DNA from: Trypanosoma brucei
Lineage: Eukaryota
Direction of reading: 5' to 3'
Length of the DNA stretch: 64,000 nt
Assembly: GCA_000002445.1 (NCBI GenBank)
Contig: CM000208.1
Location: 864,001-928,000 of the forward strand
Shown: positions 23,329-34,805 of the stretch, piece by piece
How positions within the stretch are numbered: position 1 is the first letter of the stretch
How the letters are laid out: every line of letters starts with the position of its first letter
Made by a program: the position numbers and the translations under genes
The notes under the pieces: model-generated
Databases searched by the model: none
What the model saw: only the letters and a program-made list of their open reading frames with translations
What the model was told of the DNA's origin: nothing

Positions 23329-25182
23329 ATGGTAATGGCTTGCGGTGCATGGTATGTGATGCGCTTTAATCTATTTATGCAATTATTAGCAGTATGCCTG
23401 ATTACATGCGGTACCACAACTGCCGATACGACCGCCTTTTGCCATGAACTGGAACCATTTTTGGTGCAGACACTTCCTCAGGCATCGGCTCATTTGTTAG
23501 AAACAGCAATCGCTAAGGAAGCCGCAGGAGATAATGTTAATGTAACGTGTGCACTAACGCCGGGGAAAAGTGTTGTTGTACTTTTAGGTTCATCCAATGT
23601 ACATCGCTTCAGCCCACTTCGTAACCCACCACCTGTTATCAAACTGGATACTGCTGATGGCGAGTTCACACATGAAGTCCGTGGCACATTCATGTTTAGA
23701 TATTTTCGCTCGTGGGTGAATGGCTTCCGGGCATATTCATGGACTGATCCTGCTTCCGTTGAGCGGTTCTTCTTCAAGCGACACATTTTCCTTCGGTTTC
23801 GAGTTAGTGATTCGACAGGCAACCCAAATGCGGATATTCACTTGAGTGCTAGTGAAGTGCTCACTATGGCAGGACTTCACAGCATTCGAGTCACCTCCTT
23901 CGCACCAGTTGCTGTGGAAATTCGGTTACGGGGAGGGAAAGAGCCCAAGGAGTGCTCAGACGCAACCTGCAGTAAATACGTTGACGCATTTGCAGAGCAT
24001 AGTGATAAAAGCGCGGGATTAACTCGACTCGAAGTACTTCCGCAGCGCTTCACGTGTTCTCCCGGTTATGGCGCCAATGGGTGGGGGTCGGGAGTTTCAG
24101 GAGGCCCCATGGATGGTGAGGTTTATGCTTTTGAAGAAATTGGTCCATACCGCGGTAGTAACTTGTGGATACCTCAATGGTTGTCTGCATGGCTGGGGCG
24201 GCGGCCTATGATGACTGTTTCTGAGAAGGTTGTGCTTGATGGTATGGGACGCCGTAAATTCCTTTTCCACGCTGAGATCCCCGCGGTTAAACCCGTGTGC
24301 CTTCGTCTCTCTGCCGTTAAGAATGACAATTTGATCGTGGAGTTGGAAGAGTCTACGGTGTTCGATACGTTTTGGCTCAAAATAATGCTACTGTTTGTGT
24401 TGCTGGTATTCATTAAGCCGTGGGTGGAGGAAATACCAGCACTCCAGATATTCATCGCCGGTCTTGGTAGCGTGACACTGCTTTTTGTAGTCACAATACT
24501 TTACGTGCTGAAAAGGTTGCAGGGAATGACTATTGGAAAGGTTGGTCTTGTTGCAATGGCAACACTGGGGGGCACCGCTCTTCTCGCTGAGACATTCTTG
24601 AGTGCTGTAGTTGCCCTTTACTATGCCTTTGTTCATTACGACAATGAGGCAGAGATGATTTTTTATGGGAGCGCCATGCTCCTCGTCTTTGGTCTTACTT
24701 GCGGTTTGCTTTCGAGGCATTACTGCGCCACTTATCTTACGGAGCTTACACGGTGGACATTGCGGCTACTGCAGCTCGCCGTCCTTGCATGTGCAATCAT
24801 GCAGAACCGCGAGGCAACGTTCGCAAGTTTCGTCGCCGCTCTTCTCTTTCACCCACCTCGCATTTTACGGCTCATTCAGTGGTTCTCCTCTTCCAGTTCA
24901 TTGGTGAATAACGAAAATGAACCTCAGGAAACATTTCCCAGTGAGGCGTTGCGCGAGGTTACGTATGTAACACCTCTCTGTATGGAGGGACGTACTGGAA
25001 GGGTTTCCACTATGGATTCGAGGGAAAGATTAGATTTGTATCGTATCAGTGGAAATGAGTACACACATCGTGCTCTTGAGGACCTCGCCTGCCGTGTGAA
25101 CAGCAATCCTGACCGTTACGCTTCAAAAGTGAATGATGCTGGAGGCGTTTTGAATTGGGCCAAAGGCTACCAGTACTCATAG
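23329..25182 (+). CDS. Hypothetical secreted or membrane glycoprotein: N-terminal signal peptide, a luminal domain of about 330 aa, then a C-terminal polytopic region of about 6-7 TM helices.
   Basis: First ATG at 23329; the track ORF starts at a GTG at 23320. MVMACGAWYVMRFNLFMQLLAVCLITCGTTTA is a typical signal peptide. Several N-x-T/S sequons occur in the first half. The second half is a series of hydrophobic helices (FWLKIMLLFVLLVFI, IFIAGLGSVTLLFVVTILYVL, LVAMATLGGTALLAETFLSAVVALYYAFV ...). Confidence 0.55.
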   Translation: MVMACGAWYVMRFNLFMQLLAVCLITCGTTTADTTAFCHELEPFLVQTLPQASAHLLETAIAKEAAGDNVNVTCALTPGKSVVVLLGSSNVHRFSPLRNPPPVIKLDTADGEFTHEVRGTFMFRYFRSWVNGFRAYSWTDPASVERFFFKRHIFLRFRVSDSTGNPNADIHLSASEVLTMAGLHSIRVTSFAPVAVEIRLRGGKEPKECSDATCSKYVDAFAEHSDKSAGLTRLEVLPQRFTCSPGYGANGWGSGVSGGPMDGEVYAFEEIGPYRGSNLWIPQWLSAWLGRRPMMTVSEKVVLDGMGRRKFLFHAEIPAVKPVCLRLSAVKNDNLIVELEESTVFDTFWLKIMLLFVLLVFIKPWVEEIPALQIFIAGLGSVTLLFVVTILYVLKRLQGMTIGKVGLVAMATLGGTALLAETFLSAVVALYYAFVHYDNEAEMIFYGSAMLLVFGLTCGLLSRHYCATYLTELTRWTLRLLQLAVLACAIMQNREATFASFVAALLFHPPRILRLIQWFSSSSSLVNNENEPQETFPSEALREVTYVTPLCMEGRTGRVSTMDSRERLDLYRISGNEYTHRALEDLACRVNSNPDRYASKVNDAGGVLNWAKGYQYS

Positions 25183-25916
25183 GAATGGAAGAGAGAAGTA
25201 AATGAACTTCATTTCTGTGGGCACAGGTGCGTGTACATGTGGGAGAAAGAGAAATAAGTGTTATCGTTTCTGTACATTCAGTTGTTTTGTTTTTCTTTTC
25301 AGTTCTTTGCATCACTGATGCCTGTGTATGTGTATGTGTGCGGAAAGCATCTGTAACGGCCATGGGTTTTGTGTGGGGGGTGGGGGGTGGGGGAAAGCGA
25401 AGCTGGTGGATATTTCTTTTTTTTTTTCCTTCCTTTTTTGCCCACTTTAGTTTTCCCTCTCGAAAATTGCTAGACGTGCTTTCTTCACATTTCCCCTTTC
25501 TCTTTGTTTTGTTTTTGTAGTACACGTGTTCTTTCCCTCTTTTACCTTGCCTTTCGCGCGCACACATTTGTGTACTTACCTGCTTTGAGTTTCTGTAGTA
25601 TTTCCAACGCGCTAGCAAGGAGGGGGAAAATGACGGACAAAAGCATTTTTTTTTTTTACTTTCTTTAAATGATATTCCTCATCATACAATGTTGAGATCA
25701 CTTGTAATGGTTGGGAAGCGAAAGGAAACCGGAGGATATGCATATGTGTCTGTGCATACCTTTCGGTTGAGGCAGTGCCAAGGGTAAAATAAAACGTTAC
25801 TTGAACGCTTGAGGTGGGGCTCCCTTTTCATTTGTTTCATTTTATATTCTGTTAAAAGGTGAATGAGATCATTAACGTAAACACATTTTCCCTAGCATGC
25901 TTTGTGATGTGATGTT

Positions 25917-25966
25917 GTGTGTGTGTGTGTGTGTGTGTTTGTTTGTTTGTTTGTTTGTTTGTGTGA
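25917..25966. repeat. Compound microsatellite, (GT)11 followed by (TTTG)6.
   Basis: Read directly: gtgtgtgtgtgtgtgtgtgtgtttgtttgtttgtttgtttgtttgtgtg. Confidence 0.9.
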
Positions 25967-26337
25967 TCCGTTGGGTTTTGGTTCAGTTTTGTATTGTCTC
26001 CTGTTATGATTCACCGCACTGGAGTTGGTCGCACCCTGTTTGTCGGGTGTGGGCATAGACGATTAAGAAACCTTGTCAAAACACCTCGAAGCAAAGGAGA
26101 GGAGGAGGGGGGGTGGGTGGGTGAAATGTAAGCATCTAAAGTTATTGAGAGAGTGTCACTTTCCCGCAGCCACAACTCCTTCTCGTTCTATTCTCTTGTA
26201 CAAAGAAAGATACCATCAGTGTCCTCATACAGCAGTGCGGACACCGAATTGGATTAAATATACGAAACGCACCGTTCGCGTGTTATCCTTTAGAGGGGGG
26301 GAAAAGGGACAAAAGTGAGGTTAGGACCAGCAAAGAA

Positions 26338-28763
26338 ATGTTGTCACCGATTGTGGACATGAAATCCGTTGGCACGGACGATGGCTTTGATATTTACCTT
26401 CCAGGGAGTGACGCATTCTATTTTAAACGTCAGTTACACTATCAACCATACACTCCGTGTGCTTTTCCTGTGGAGTGGCTTGGGCATCAGGGTAAGATGC
26501 ACAAAACATCCGTTCATATGCGAATATCACCTTCAAACCTAGAGGAGGCTTGCGCTTCCGGTAGTTTGGGGTACGTTATCATGTTCTGGGCTCAAGGACA
26601 GAATATTAAGGGCTGCGAATCCGTAGTTGGTGGTGGCGATACACTTCTCATGACAGCGGCGTATAAGGGCCATATACATGTCGTGCGTTTTCTTGTTGAT
26701 GCGGGCGCTGATATCAACGCAACGAATAGCGCAGGGTTCAGTGCCCTGCATATGGCAGCATCAGCAATTAACTACCACATTGTGCGATTTCTCTCGACCA
26801 CGGTGCTGATCCAACAAAGAAGAACCACCAAGGGTATAGTGCGTATTGTGTTGCTGTGCAGAACGCAAGTCTTCCTCTTTTGCTCTTGTTGGCAGAACAT
26901 CGTCCCATTGATATCCATGAGAGAGATGAAATGGGCCACGCACTGCTCCATTGGGCAGCATACAACAATTCTGTTGCCATATGTCAGTACCTTGTTGAGG
27001 TGTGCAAGATGGATATAAACGTCGTCGGTAAAGATGGACGCACTGCTCTTGTGTGGGCGGCACGTGAAGGTTATGCTGACGTTGTTGAATATTTACTTTG
27101 CGCTGGAGCCGATGTAGACGTGGTCGACACGGACGGGTATACCGCACTGAATTACGCAAAGCATCGGAATCACCCGGAGGTACAATATGTACTGGAAAAT
27201 TATCCTTTAGCACAAAGGGGAGCCACCGGAATGGCAGCGGGCGACGGATTATTGGGTAATCAGTCGCTGGTTAACGGGGGTTACGTCACCGCACATAATA
27301 TGCGATGCCGCGGAACATTTTCGATGCTCTACCACGAACCGTTCTTCGCTGCCATGTCTGTTCTTGGCGCGGTGCATGTGCTTTTGGCGCACTACTCCTT
27401 GATGCTGTTACCTCCGCTTTTTAGTTATGCACCGTTTGGCATGTTTTTCTTCCGAAACACGTTATGGATGGCGGTATTTGGTTACCCCGTACAAGGCGGC
27501 AAACCGGAACTAACCATCCTCCAACAGTCAGGAATTGGTCGCTCATTTTCCGACACCATCCGCGGCACGTGGCGTTTCCGCGATCGTGATGCGGCGTCAC
27601 TCTTTGCCTTGACGACCTTTATGTTGTTGCAGCTGCGAGCGTGGGCGCTTATGGGGTTTGAACCCTTTTTGCCGTTTCTTTCCACAAGTAACTCGGTAGT
27701 AAAACTAAATGCAAGCCTGAATACCACAGATAAGGATTTACACGATGGGGGGAGTCGTGCGGTTAATTTTATGCAGCCTGTAATGTGTTTTCTCACTCTA
27801 TTCTTGCTGGTATCCGTGGTACTATGTAAGTTGCTTTCCATGCGGTCCGTGTACAAGCCCGAGTTTGGTTCGTTGGTCACTTCTCCTGTTTGGAATATCA
27901 TTAAGCACCGTGCATATAATTGGCTCCATCCAAGAATTATCTTCATGGAACGACATTTGGTACTCCCTCTTCGTGCCTTCTACTGTTATGAAAAGGACGT
28001 TGTTATGGAGCGATACGATGGCTACAGTGCGGTAATGGATTGCCCCGTTGCAGCGAGTAACCACGCTTGGTTCTTTATAGCAGTTTTTTGTTTTATGGTC
28101 CTGCAGTGGTTAATATTCATTTCTGGGTGGAGGCAGGCAAGGGTCATGCTCAAGTGTCCTCGTAGTGATTCGCTCGGGGAATATATTTCCTCATCTGCGT
28201 GGAACCTTCTCGTCCATGCCCTACCGTGTCGTGATCCCACGACCATAGATGTAACTGGAAAATCATATTTTTGGGTGTTTATGTTTCGGTACATTATTCC
28301 AACAACAACCAACCGTCTTGGTGTATGGTTGCTTCACTATAGTCTAATTGCAGCAATCATATCTACGTATTGTTTTTATCGCCAACTAGTGGCAGCGGCT
28401 ATTGGTGCGACACGCATGGAGTTGGCAAACCGAACAGCAACCAGTGGTAATGGCGGGCTTGTCTCCATATTTCCACCCTCCTTTGTTCCTTTCAAGGACA
28501 CGAATAGTGCTGCTGCCACGTGGACGCCTCCAGAGGGCCACTGTGAGGGAATGTTAACTATTGTGGACGATTTGGCTGCCGGAAACGTTGCGCACCGAAA
28601 GGTCGGGTCGCATTGCATTTACGCTGACAGCAGGTTTTCTATTCTTAACATAATCTACTTTCTGTTGGGCATTTCTGGTCGCCGCTGGAGGGGCGCGGTG
28701 GCAGTATCTTCTTTCAATTCTCCGATAAGCAGTGTATCCCTGTTGGAAGGTCCTCTTGCTTGA
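26338..28763 (+). CDS. Ankyrin-repeat-containing polytopic membrane protein, one gene of about 808 codons whose frame is broken by a 2-nt slip at CTCTC (26789..26795). Either a sequencing/assembly error or a pseudogenised allele.
   Basis: ORF 26338..27018 (frame 1) and ORF 26856..28763 (frame 3, GTG start in the track) overlap. Frame 3 is open back to 26772. Joining them at the CTCTC restores a canonical ankyrin repeat (...GFSALHMAASAINYHIVRFL|LDHGADPTKKNHQGYSAYCVAVQNASLPLLLLLAEH...). At least 5 ankyrin repeats are followed by roughly 8 TM helices. No DHHC motif is present. Confidence 0.6.
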
Positions 28764-29349
28764 TTACTTTGAAGCGGGCGGTTGCCGGGCCTTTCCCGCT
28801 GTTCCTACCTAATGTTTCACAGATGTTTGTAGTGGATCGAAAAGGTGCGATAAAGCGTTGTGTTGGAGATGGCATACCGAAAGGGGCGAGCGAAGTTGTG
28901 CGAGAGCACAAAGAGTGTGTGGGGAGAAAAAGGTGTTGTCATGCGTCGCTTTTCACGCACACTCACATACTAATTATATATATAAAATATTCGTCATCCC
29001 AACTTGATTCTTCTGCCGTTTGCCTGTTTTGTACTAAAAGGCCTGTGATATGTACCTTTTGAGAGGAGGGCAGGTGATATCACTCAAAAGGGTGATAGGG
29101 CACGATATTATACTTTTTTTTTAATGTTTTGCGCTACAGTACTTCACGTCGGTGCTGCTGTACCTTTTTAACACCTCTCGCGTGTCACCTCCGCATCTTT
29201 CTTTATTTTTCTCTTTTAACTTCCCCTTACCCCCTCTTTGCGGGTATGCAAAGCAGAGGGACAGGGAGTAAGGGACGCCATCAGGCGCAAAATCATTTGC
29301 AACGACCTCTACGAAACATAGGGATTTACCTACTCCGCGTAGTTAATCG

Positions 29350-31416
29350 ATGATCAAAGGGAGTGATCCGCTGCACCATGGCCTAAGTGAGGGGGCCGGC
29401 GGCAATAGTCGCGGCGATGAGAATGACACGGTAGTTAATAGTAATGTTGAAGTAATGTGCCTAGATATGTCGCGATCGTCGTTGCTGGCAAACAGCACGA
29501 AGCCGCCGTCATCTTCTTGCAGCGACACCCCAAGTAGTTGCAGTGACTCCAACATGAGTGGGATTGATTTTTATTGTCGACAGGTACCCATATTCTCTCA
29601 AGGAGTTGGTGTGGATTACTTTGTTAACGGTATGGGGGGATATGAAGGTCATTTGCACCAGCAACCGCAAGGAGGGGAACTGGGATTCGATCAAAGGAAT
29701 AAGCAAGGTGGAAAATCATCTTCATCACCATCAAACTTTCATCACAATGTGAATGAGGAGTGTTCAGCAACCGTAGCTACGCGTTTAGCAGGTGGGCTGA
29801 GCGATGATTGCTCGGGAAACAATACAAGACGTAGAAACTTCAACCATTCGATGTGCAATTCGCCAGAGTTGCGATCATGTGGCGACGAATACGCTGCAGA
29901 AGCTCGTCGGAATGTGCCTGGATCAAGTAGAGGTGTAATGGCGGCCGTATCGCAAACACAATCCCTTGGAAAAAGGAAAATTGCTGAAGGCAACGTTCAG
30001 GCTAACCTTCCACTTCTCCGTGTGAGTGATTGTGGCACGAAGACAGTTCATATAATCCCTCTCGGCAACACAAATGTCACAAGTCAGTTTAAGTGTTCGT
30101 GTTGTGATCATGTTTTTGAGTTATCGTTTGTTACGAATCATGCAGATAGTTCAGCAAAGGAAAAAGATCAGGAGAGAGGACGAAATACTGAGGTAGGCTT
30201 AACGTGCACATACGGTAATGGATTAGATTCTAATACTGGTGAGGCAACCGCGGTTGACAGAAGTGCTGAATTCTTGTTTCGTCAACAACCCGATCGCGAA
30301 TCAACTTCATTATCACTTCTTGGAATGAAGTTTGACAAGGGTTTCAGAGTGAGCGCTGGCTCCGTCCGTGGTAATTACGGTTCCCACCCAGTGCAAAACG
30401 AAACCAATGCATCTCAGGGAGCCGTTCGTCACTCGCTTGAAGATCGTCGACGACGGTATCAGAGTGGAAGATTTTCGCAGGGAACACCAAAGGAAATAAA
30501 AGCTAACGACTCACTTTTCCCTTCGTTACCGACATTTAGTCCAACCTCGTTTGTTCGTGCGTACGTCGGTGAGGGAAACCTGCCATGGGAAGCAACCTTG
30601 GACAACGTACCCGCCGTTACAGTTTCCTGTTGTGTCGCCGCCTTGAACCTTATCGCTGTGCAATTCCTGCGGCATCACGTTATTGATACGCGTGATCATT
30701 TTTGTCTTTTTGCCACGGGAACGTATATGATATTTGCTAGCTATTTTGTTGCCTACTACTTTCTTGGGCACTACACGGAGTCATTCCGACGCATATCCCG
30801 TGATAAACAGTTTTACATCATTGCTAACCTTATCAAGGCCGGTATTCTTGCCTCGCTTGTGCCGTTCGCAACACTGCATCTAAGTCGCATTATTTTGTTT
30901 GATGAGTGGGACACCAACACACTCCGCAATCTGGGCTGCATATACACCATACCGGATTTTGTATCTATGCTTATTGTAAAACGCATGAGTTGGTCGACGT
31001 GGACCCATCACTTATGTGTCCTGTTGTTTAACTTCTTTAGCACAATGAACGATTACACACAAGAAAACGTCTGTCGCTGCGTTGTCGTTTATGCAGCATT
31101 TTCCACGTTTGCGTACTGCGTGAATGTATTGCTTGCTTCGCGTTTTCTAGGTGTTAAACCAGGCGTTGCGCGGATACTTTCACATGTTTCAGTCGTGGCA
31201 TATTTGTTTTTCTGCGGATTGAATTGGGTTTGGCAAACATATTACATTCACCGGTTGCTGTACGGTGGCAATGGCCACTGGACCGTTTACGTGTATATCG
31301 CTCTTGTGGGACTGGTGATGTACGACGATGTAACGCTTTGCCAATGGCTGATTCACAACGCAAGGAACACAGCATTCGCGGCTGCACATCACAAAGAACA
31401 ACGACGAAGGCAATGA
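29350..31416 (+). CDS. Hypothetical protein of 688 aa with a Ser-rich soluble N-terminal region and a C-terminal multi-pass membrane domain of about 6-7 TM helices. A TLC-like fold is possible but unverified.
   Basis: ATG at 29350. The C-terminal 300 aa are hydrophobic helices with conserved aromatic and charged positions (HFCLFATGTYMIFASYFVAYYFLGHY, LIKAGILASLVPFATLHL, WTHHLCVLLFNFFSTMNDY ...). Confidence 0.55.
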   Translation: MIKGSDPLHHGLSEGAGGNSRGDENDTVVNSNVEVMCLDMSRSSLLANSTKPPSSSCSDTPSSCSDSNMSGIDFYCRQVPIFSQGVGVDYFVNGMGGYEGHLHQQPQGGELGFDQRNKQGGKSSSSPSNFHHNVNEECSATVATRLAGGLSDDCSGNNTRRRNFNHSMCNSPELRSCGDEYAAEARRNVPGSSRGVMAAVSQTQSLGKRKIAEGNVQANLPLLRVSDCGTKTVHIIPLGNTNVTSQFKCSCCDHVFELSFVTNHADSSAKEKDQERGRNTEVGLTCTYGNGLDSNTGEATAVDRSAEFLFRQQPDRESTSLSLLGMKFDKGFRVSAGSVRGNYGSHPVQNETNASQGAVRHSLEDRRRRYQSGRFSQGTPKEIKANDSLFPSLPTFSPTSFVRAYVGEGNLPWEATLDNVPAVTVSCCVAALNLIAVQFLRHHVIDTRDHFCLFATGTYMIFASYFVAYYFLGHYTESFRRISRDKQFYIIANLIKAGILASLVPFATLHLSRIILFDEWDTNTLRNLGCIYTIPDFVSMLIVKRMSWSTWTHHLCVLLFNFFSTMNDYTQENVCRCVVVYAAFSTFAYCVNVLLASRFLGVKPGVARILSHVSVVAYLFFCGLNWVWQTYYIHRLLYGGNGHWTVYVYIALVGLVMYDDVTLCQWLIHNARNTAFAAAHHKEQRRRQ

Positions 31417-32237
31417 AACTTCGTACGCGAAAGGGAAGTGCAATAGTCGGGATGTTGTTTTCACCTCTTCTCATTACATGCCGACTCAAGTAACACTTGT
31501 GACAATCACCAAAGTAGTGTAAATCATTGTTTGTGTTTCACCACGTGAACTTGCAGTGTACTTCGCGCGTCGTTTGTTTGTTAAGCTATTTATCAACTCT
31601 CGTGCCTTGCACTCCTCTTCACGAGGTTTTCTTCCATATCACCTTTGGTGTTAATTGCTGTGCTTGTTTGAACCAGCCTTAATGTCCACCCTCTCCAAGT
31701 TTTGGAGGTTGTGCTGAATTGTTTTTTTTTCTGCGTTTTCACAGGATATTGTTGTTGTTATTTGTGGAAGCAAGCCACAACCTTTCGCATTTCTCCTTTT
31801 TTAAAAAAATGCGTTTTCAACAAAACAGCGTGGAACAAGAACTGTGCCCCCTCCTCTTCCACGTGCTGCGGATACAGGTAATCACATCTCAATATAAGTA
31901 AAAGAAAAAGGATACATAAAGGATCATTACCATACATCTATATAGCATTGCCAATATTATTGTTATTACTGCTATTACTATTATTGTTGCTGTTGTTCAC
32001 GCCTTAAAGCGTGGTGGTAGAAACCCAAGGCATCCGGTACGCCTACACCACCCATCGTTGGTATCGCGAACGAAGCGCTGCAGGCGAGTCCCCGCCAGAG
32101 GCCGTAAAAGGACGCTCAACACGCGTTAATTCTTCTTCTGTTTCCAGTTCATCAGAAGAAATTATTCGGAGAAGGGGCACCGACAACGACACCATCCAAC
32201 CAACCAAAGGTGCATAGCGGATGGTAAGGTGTGGAAG

Positions 32238-34121
32238 ATGCGTATGATAGACAGTGAAGATGTGGCATTTTTTTTCGCCGTCATGACATGGAATCCCGAA
32301 CTTCTAGAGATCATGCTGGAGAAAGCACCAAACCCTCTGTATGTGGAGCGGGCAGCTGCAACTGAAGCGGCTCGCTTTGCAGCTGCATATCCCCTACCGG
32401 AGGAGACATCAAAACCGGTGGTTTCAAGATGCCGACCGTCTGCAAGGAGGCAAAGGAGGGCGCGTAAAACAAAGCGGGGCTGCGGAGTGCGATTGTCTAT
32501 TCCATGTGCGTTCTTTTGTGAATATGAAGCCCCCGATTTTGATGAAGAGGACGATTTTTACTGTGAAGATGATGAGCATGCAATGCAAGAAAAAAAAGGC
32601 GAGGGAGACCCTGATTCCTCAGTCGCGGAAGTTGAGCACGACCACGAACCGGACCCAAACTCATATTCCCCTGTTGAAGGCTGGGGGAGAAATGCTGGGA
32701 ACTGCATTGGAAGGGTTGTATCGGACTCAGTGGACAGTGGCGACAAACCCTTGGGGTACAGCATGCGTGACTTTCTGCAAATCTTCTTTCAAAGCTTTCT
32801 GATCGTTTCGTTGTCTCAAGTGCAATCTCAGCGCGTCCAAAATGAGTTTCCGCTATCGCTTTCACCTCTAGAGCGAAAGGCTTGTGAAATTGTTCATCGC
32901 TACAAAGATCCTTTCAAAGAAATTCTCCGAAAGTACGTCATAAGCGGAGATTGCGAAGTTGAGCGGCACGGGGCTCAGCCATTATTTGTGGATGGGTTTT
33001 GTATTAAAGCAGTCCAGCACGAGGAGGGTGAAAAATGGGCACCGCCACACGAGCAGCTCTTTATTGCTGGTAAGGATCCTGTCTACCAGCCGCTGTTGAT
33101 GGAAATGCTTGGTATTACACGAGTGGTTCAGTGCTATGCAGAAAAAGGGGCAAATTACCCTGCAACCCTGCATGCTTGTGCCACTGCAGTTGGTCAAGCA
33201 GCCTCCGGGAACCGCGACAGAACGGTTCACACGATGCAAAGTTGGCATCGTTTACTAACACAGCATCCCAAACTGAGTAAATCTAGTGATGGCGGCACTG
33301 ACATCGCAACTGCTAATGAAGATTTTGATCTGCCTTGTCCGTCTGAAGAAGAATGGGAGAAACTCCAAGGAGACATCTCCCGGTGCGTCACTCCACTGCA
33401 GTGGAAAACTTACACAGTGTTTGGTCCATACCTTGTTTTCTCGGCAACGTTACCATTCAGCAACGGTTGTGTGACAAAGCTTGTCGTCCCAGCAGAGGAT
33501 AAGGATACATACGACCTCTCCGTGCACTTCCAGGAAGGCGTTTTTAGGTACATCCACGGGACTCCACTCTTTCCCGTTGATGTCGGCCCAGCACTGGTGC
33601 CTAAAGAAAGAACAAGAATGGAAGATCAGAGGAGTCCCTTGTTGGCAAAGTCATGCCTGTTGCATTGTTCTGCCGGTATGCACCGTTCCAGTGCTTTAGT
33701 CATTGGCTATCTCCTATGGCTTGTGGCACTTTCTGGTGGGAAGTTGCCCATGGAGGGCAAACCAACTCTTGCGTTTGTGCCTGGACGTTATGCATCGTAT
33801 ACTCATCGTCAAGGAAGCGTATTTGCCGAATCTTACCTTACCGTCGTTCTCCGCAGCCAGCAGCGTGGATCATTTCCTACAGAGGAAGTAAGTGCCTCGC
33901 CGATGCATGCGGGCGCCGCTGTCGTATCGGTTGCACCGACGCAAGAGCCAGAGCGTGAGATACAGGAGGAGGATGTCCGTGCTAAAGCCCAGTTGAGCGA
34001 CGAGAAATCAATCTTACACTATTGTGCTGATCATGTACGACAGCAGCGTTCCATGGCAGTCCCTATTGCCACCGCTTTACAACAACTTCACCGTTATGCC
34101 CGCCATTTGCACTTAGCGTAG
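32238..34121 (+). CDS. Dual-specificity / protein-tyrosine-phosphatase-like protein, Cys-based CX5R active site.
   Basis: Catalytic P-loop LLHCSAGMHRSSALVIGYLLW at about 33655-33700 fits the HCxxGxxRS consensus of DUSP/PTP enzymes. There are long N- and C-terminal extensions and an acidic Cys-rich insert (CEYEAPDFDEEDDFYCEDDEH). First ATG is 32238; the track starts at a GTG at 32229. Confidence 0.7.
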   Translation: MRMIDSEDVAFFFAVMTWNPELLEIMLEKAPNPLYVERAAATEAARFAAAYPLPEETSKPVVSRCRPSARRQRRARKTKRGCGVRLSIPCAFFCEYEAPDFDEEDDFYCEDDEHAMQEKKGEGDPDSSVAEVEHDHEPDPNSYSPVEGWGRNAGNCIGRVVSDSVDSGDKPLGYSMRDFLQIFFQSFLIVSLSQVQSQRVQNEFPLSLSPLERKACEIVHRYKDPFKEILRKYVISGDCEVERHGAQPLFVDGFCIKAVQHEEGEKWAPPHEQLFIAGKDPVYQPLLMEMLGITRVVQCYAEKGANYPATLHACATAVGQAASGNRDRTVHTMQSWHRLLTQHPKLSKSSDGGTDIATANEDFDLPCPSEEEWEKLQGDISRCVTPLQWKTYTVFGPYLVFSATLPFSNGCVTKLVVPAEDKDTYDLSVHFQEGVFRYIHGTPLFPVDVGPALVPKERTRMEDQRSPLLAKSCLLHCSAGMHRSSALVIGYLLWLVALSGGKLPMEGKPTLAFVPGRYASYTHRQGSVFAESYLTVVLRSQQRGSFPTEEVSASPMHAGAAVVSVAPTQEPEREIQEEDVRAKAQLSDEKSILHYCADHVRQQRSMAVPIATALQQLHRYARHLHLA

Positions 34122-34805
34122 CAACTGATGTTTGGTGGCATAGAGAAATGTGATAAGGAGAAGTGTTGTGATTAGGTGATGGACGTCGCAGGACGACACT
34201 TCAGCTTTTTCGTTATGTGGTCATCCCTCCTTCCACAAAAGCTGGATGACGTTGTCTCCCCCGTTTTGCGATCAATTTTATGTTATGATGTATATGTGAA
34301 GCATTTTCTTCCGGGAGGAATGAAAGCCTCACATGCAGTTCATGTGTAGGTCAACTTTTAACGAATACATTACCTGCTTGAAAAAAAGTGGGGAAGGGTC
34401 TGCTCCACAGTAGCGGTGACCGTAAAAGGTCGATGCTGCCCACGTTTCTGCGCTGTGACTCCGAGGCAATCGGCGTCTCTACAAACGAAGGATGCTGAGA
34501 AACAAACGGCGAATGCATAACTGCGGTGGAAGTTACAAGTACAATATTCTTGGTGTTGGTGCGGATGAGGTTATCAACACTTTTACTGTTGTATACATAT
34601 TTTTCGGACGCGTGGACGTTTCATCGATTGGCTGCGAAGTTGCTTGCTGAATTATTTTAAATAATTTTGGCCCCATCTCTAGTTTTCATTTGTTTTCATC
34701 CCGTTAAAGTACTCATTAAATCAGTGAGTAACCCCTTAAGCGAGAGACTCTTCCTTTTACTTTTTGTTTTTGATTAGTTCTCGTGAATTTCACATAGCAG
34801 TTCGC

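Noticed and set aside
26856-28763. Second ankyrin ORF as an independent gene.
   Set aside because: It begins with a GTG in the ORF track. The same frame is open upstream to 26772 and continues the ankyrin repeat of ORF 26338..27018 after a 2-nt slip. It is treated as the downstream part of one frameshifted gene.
32011-32217. 68-aa ORF upstream of the phosphatase gene.
   Set aside because: Ser-rich low complexity, different frame, immediately 5' of the real gene. Most likely 5'UTR or spacer.
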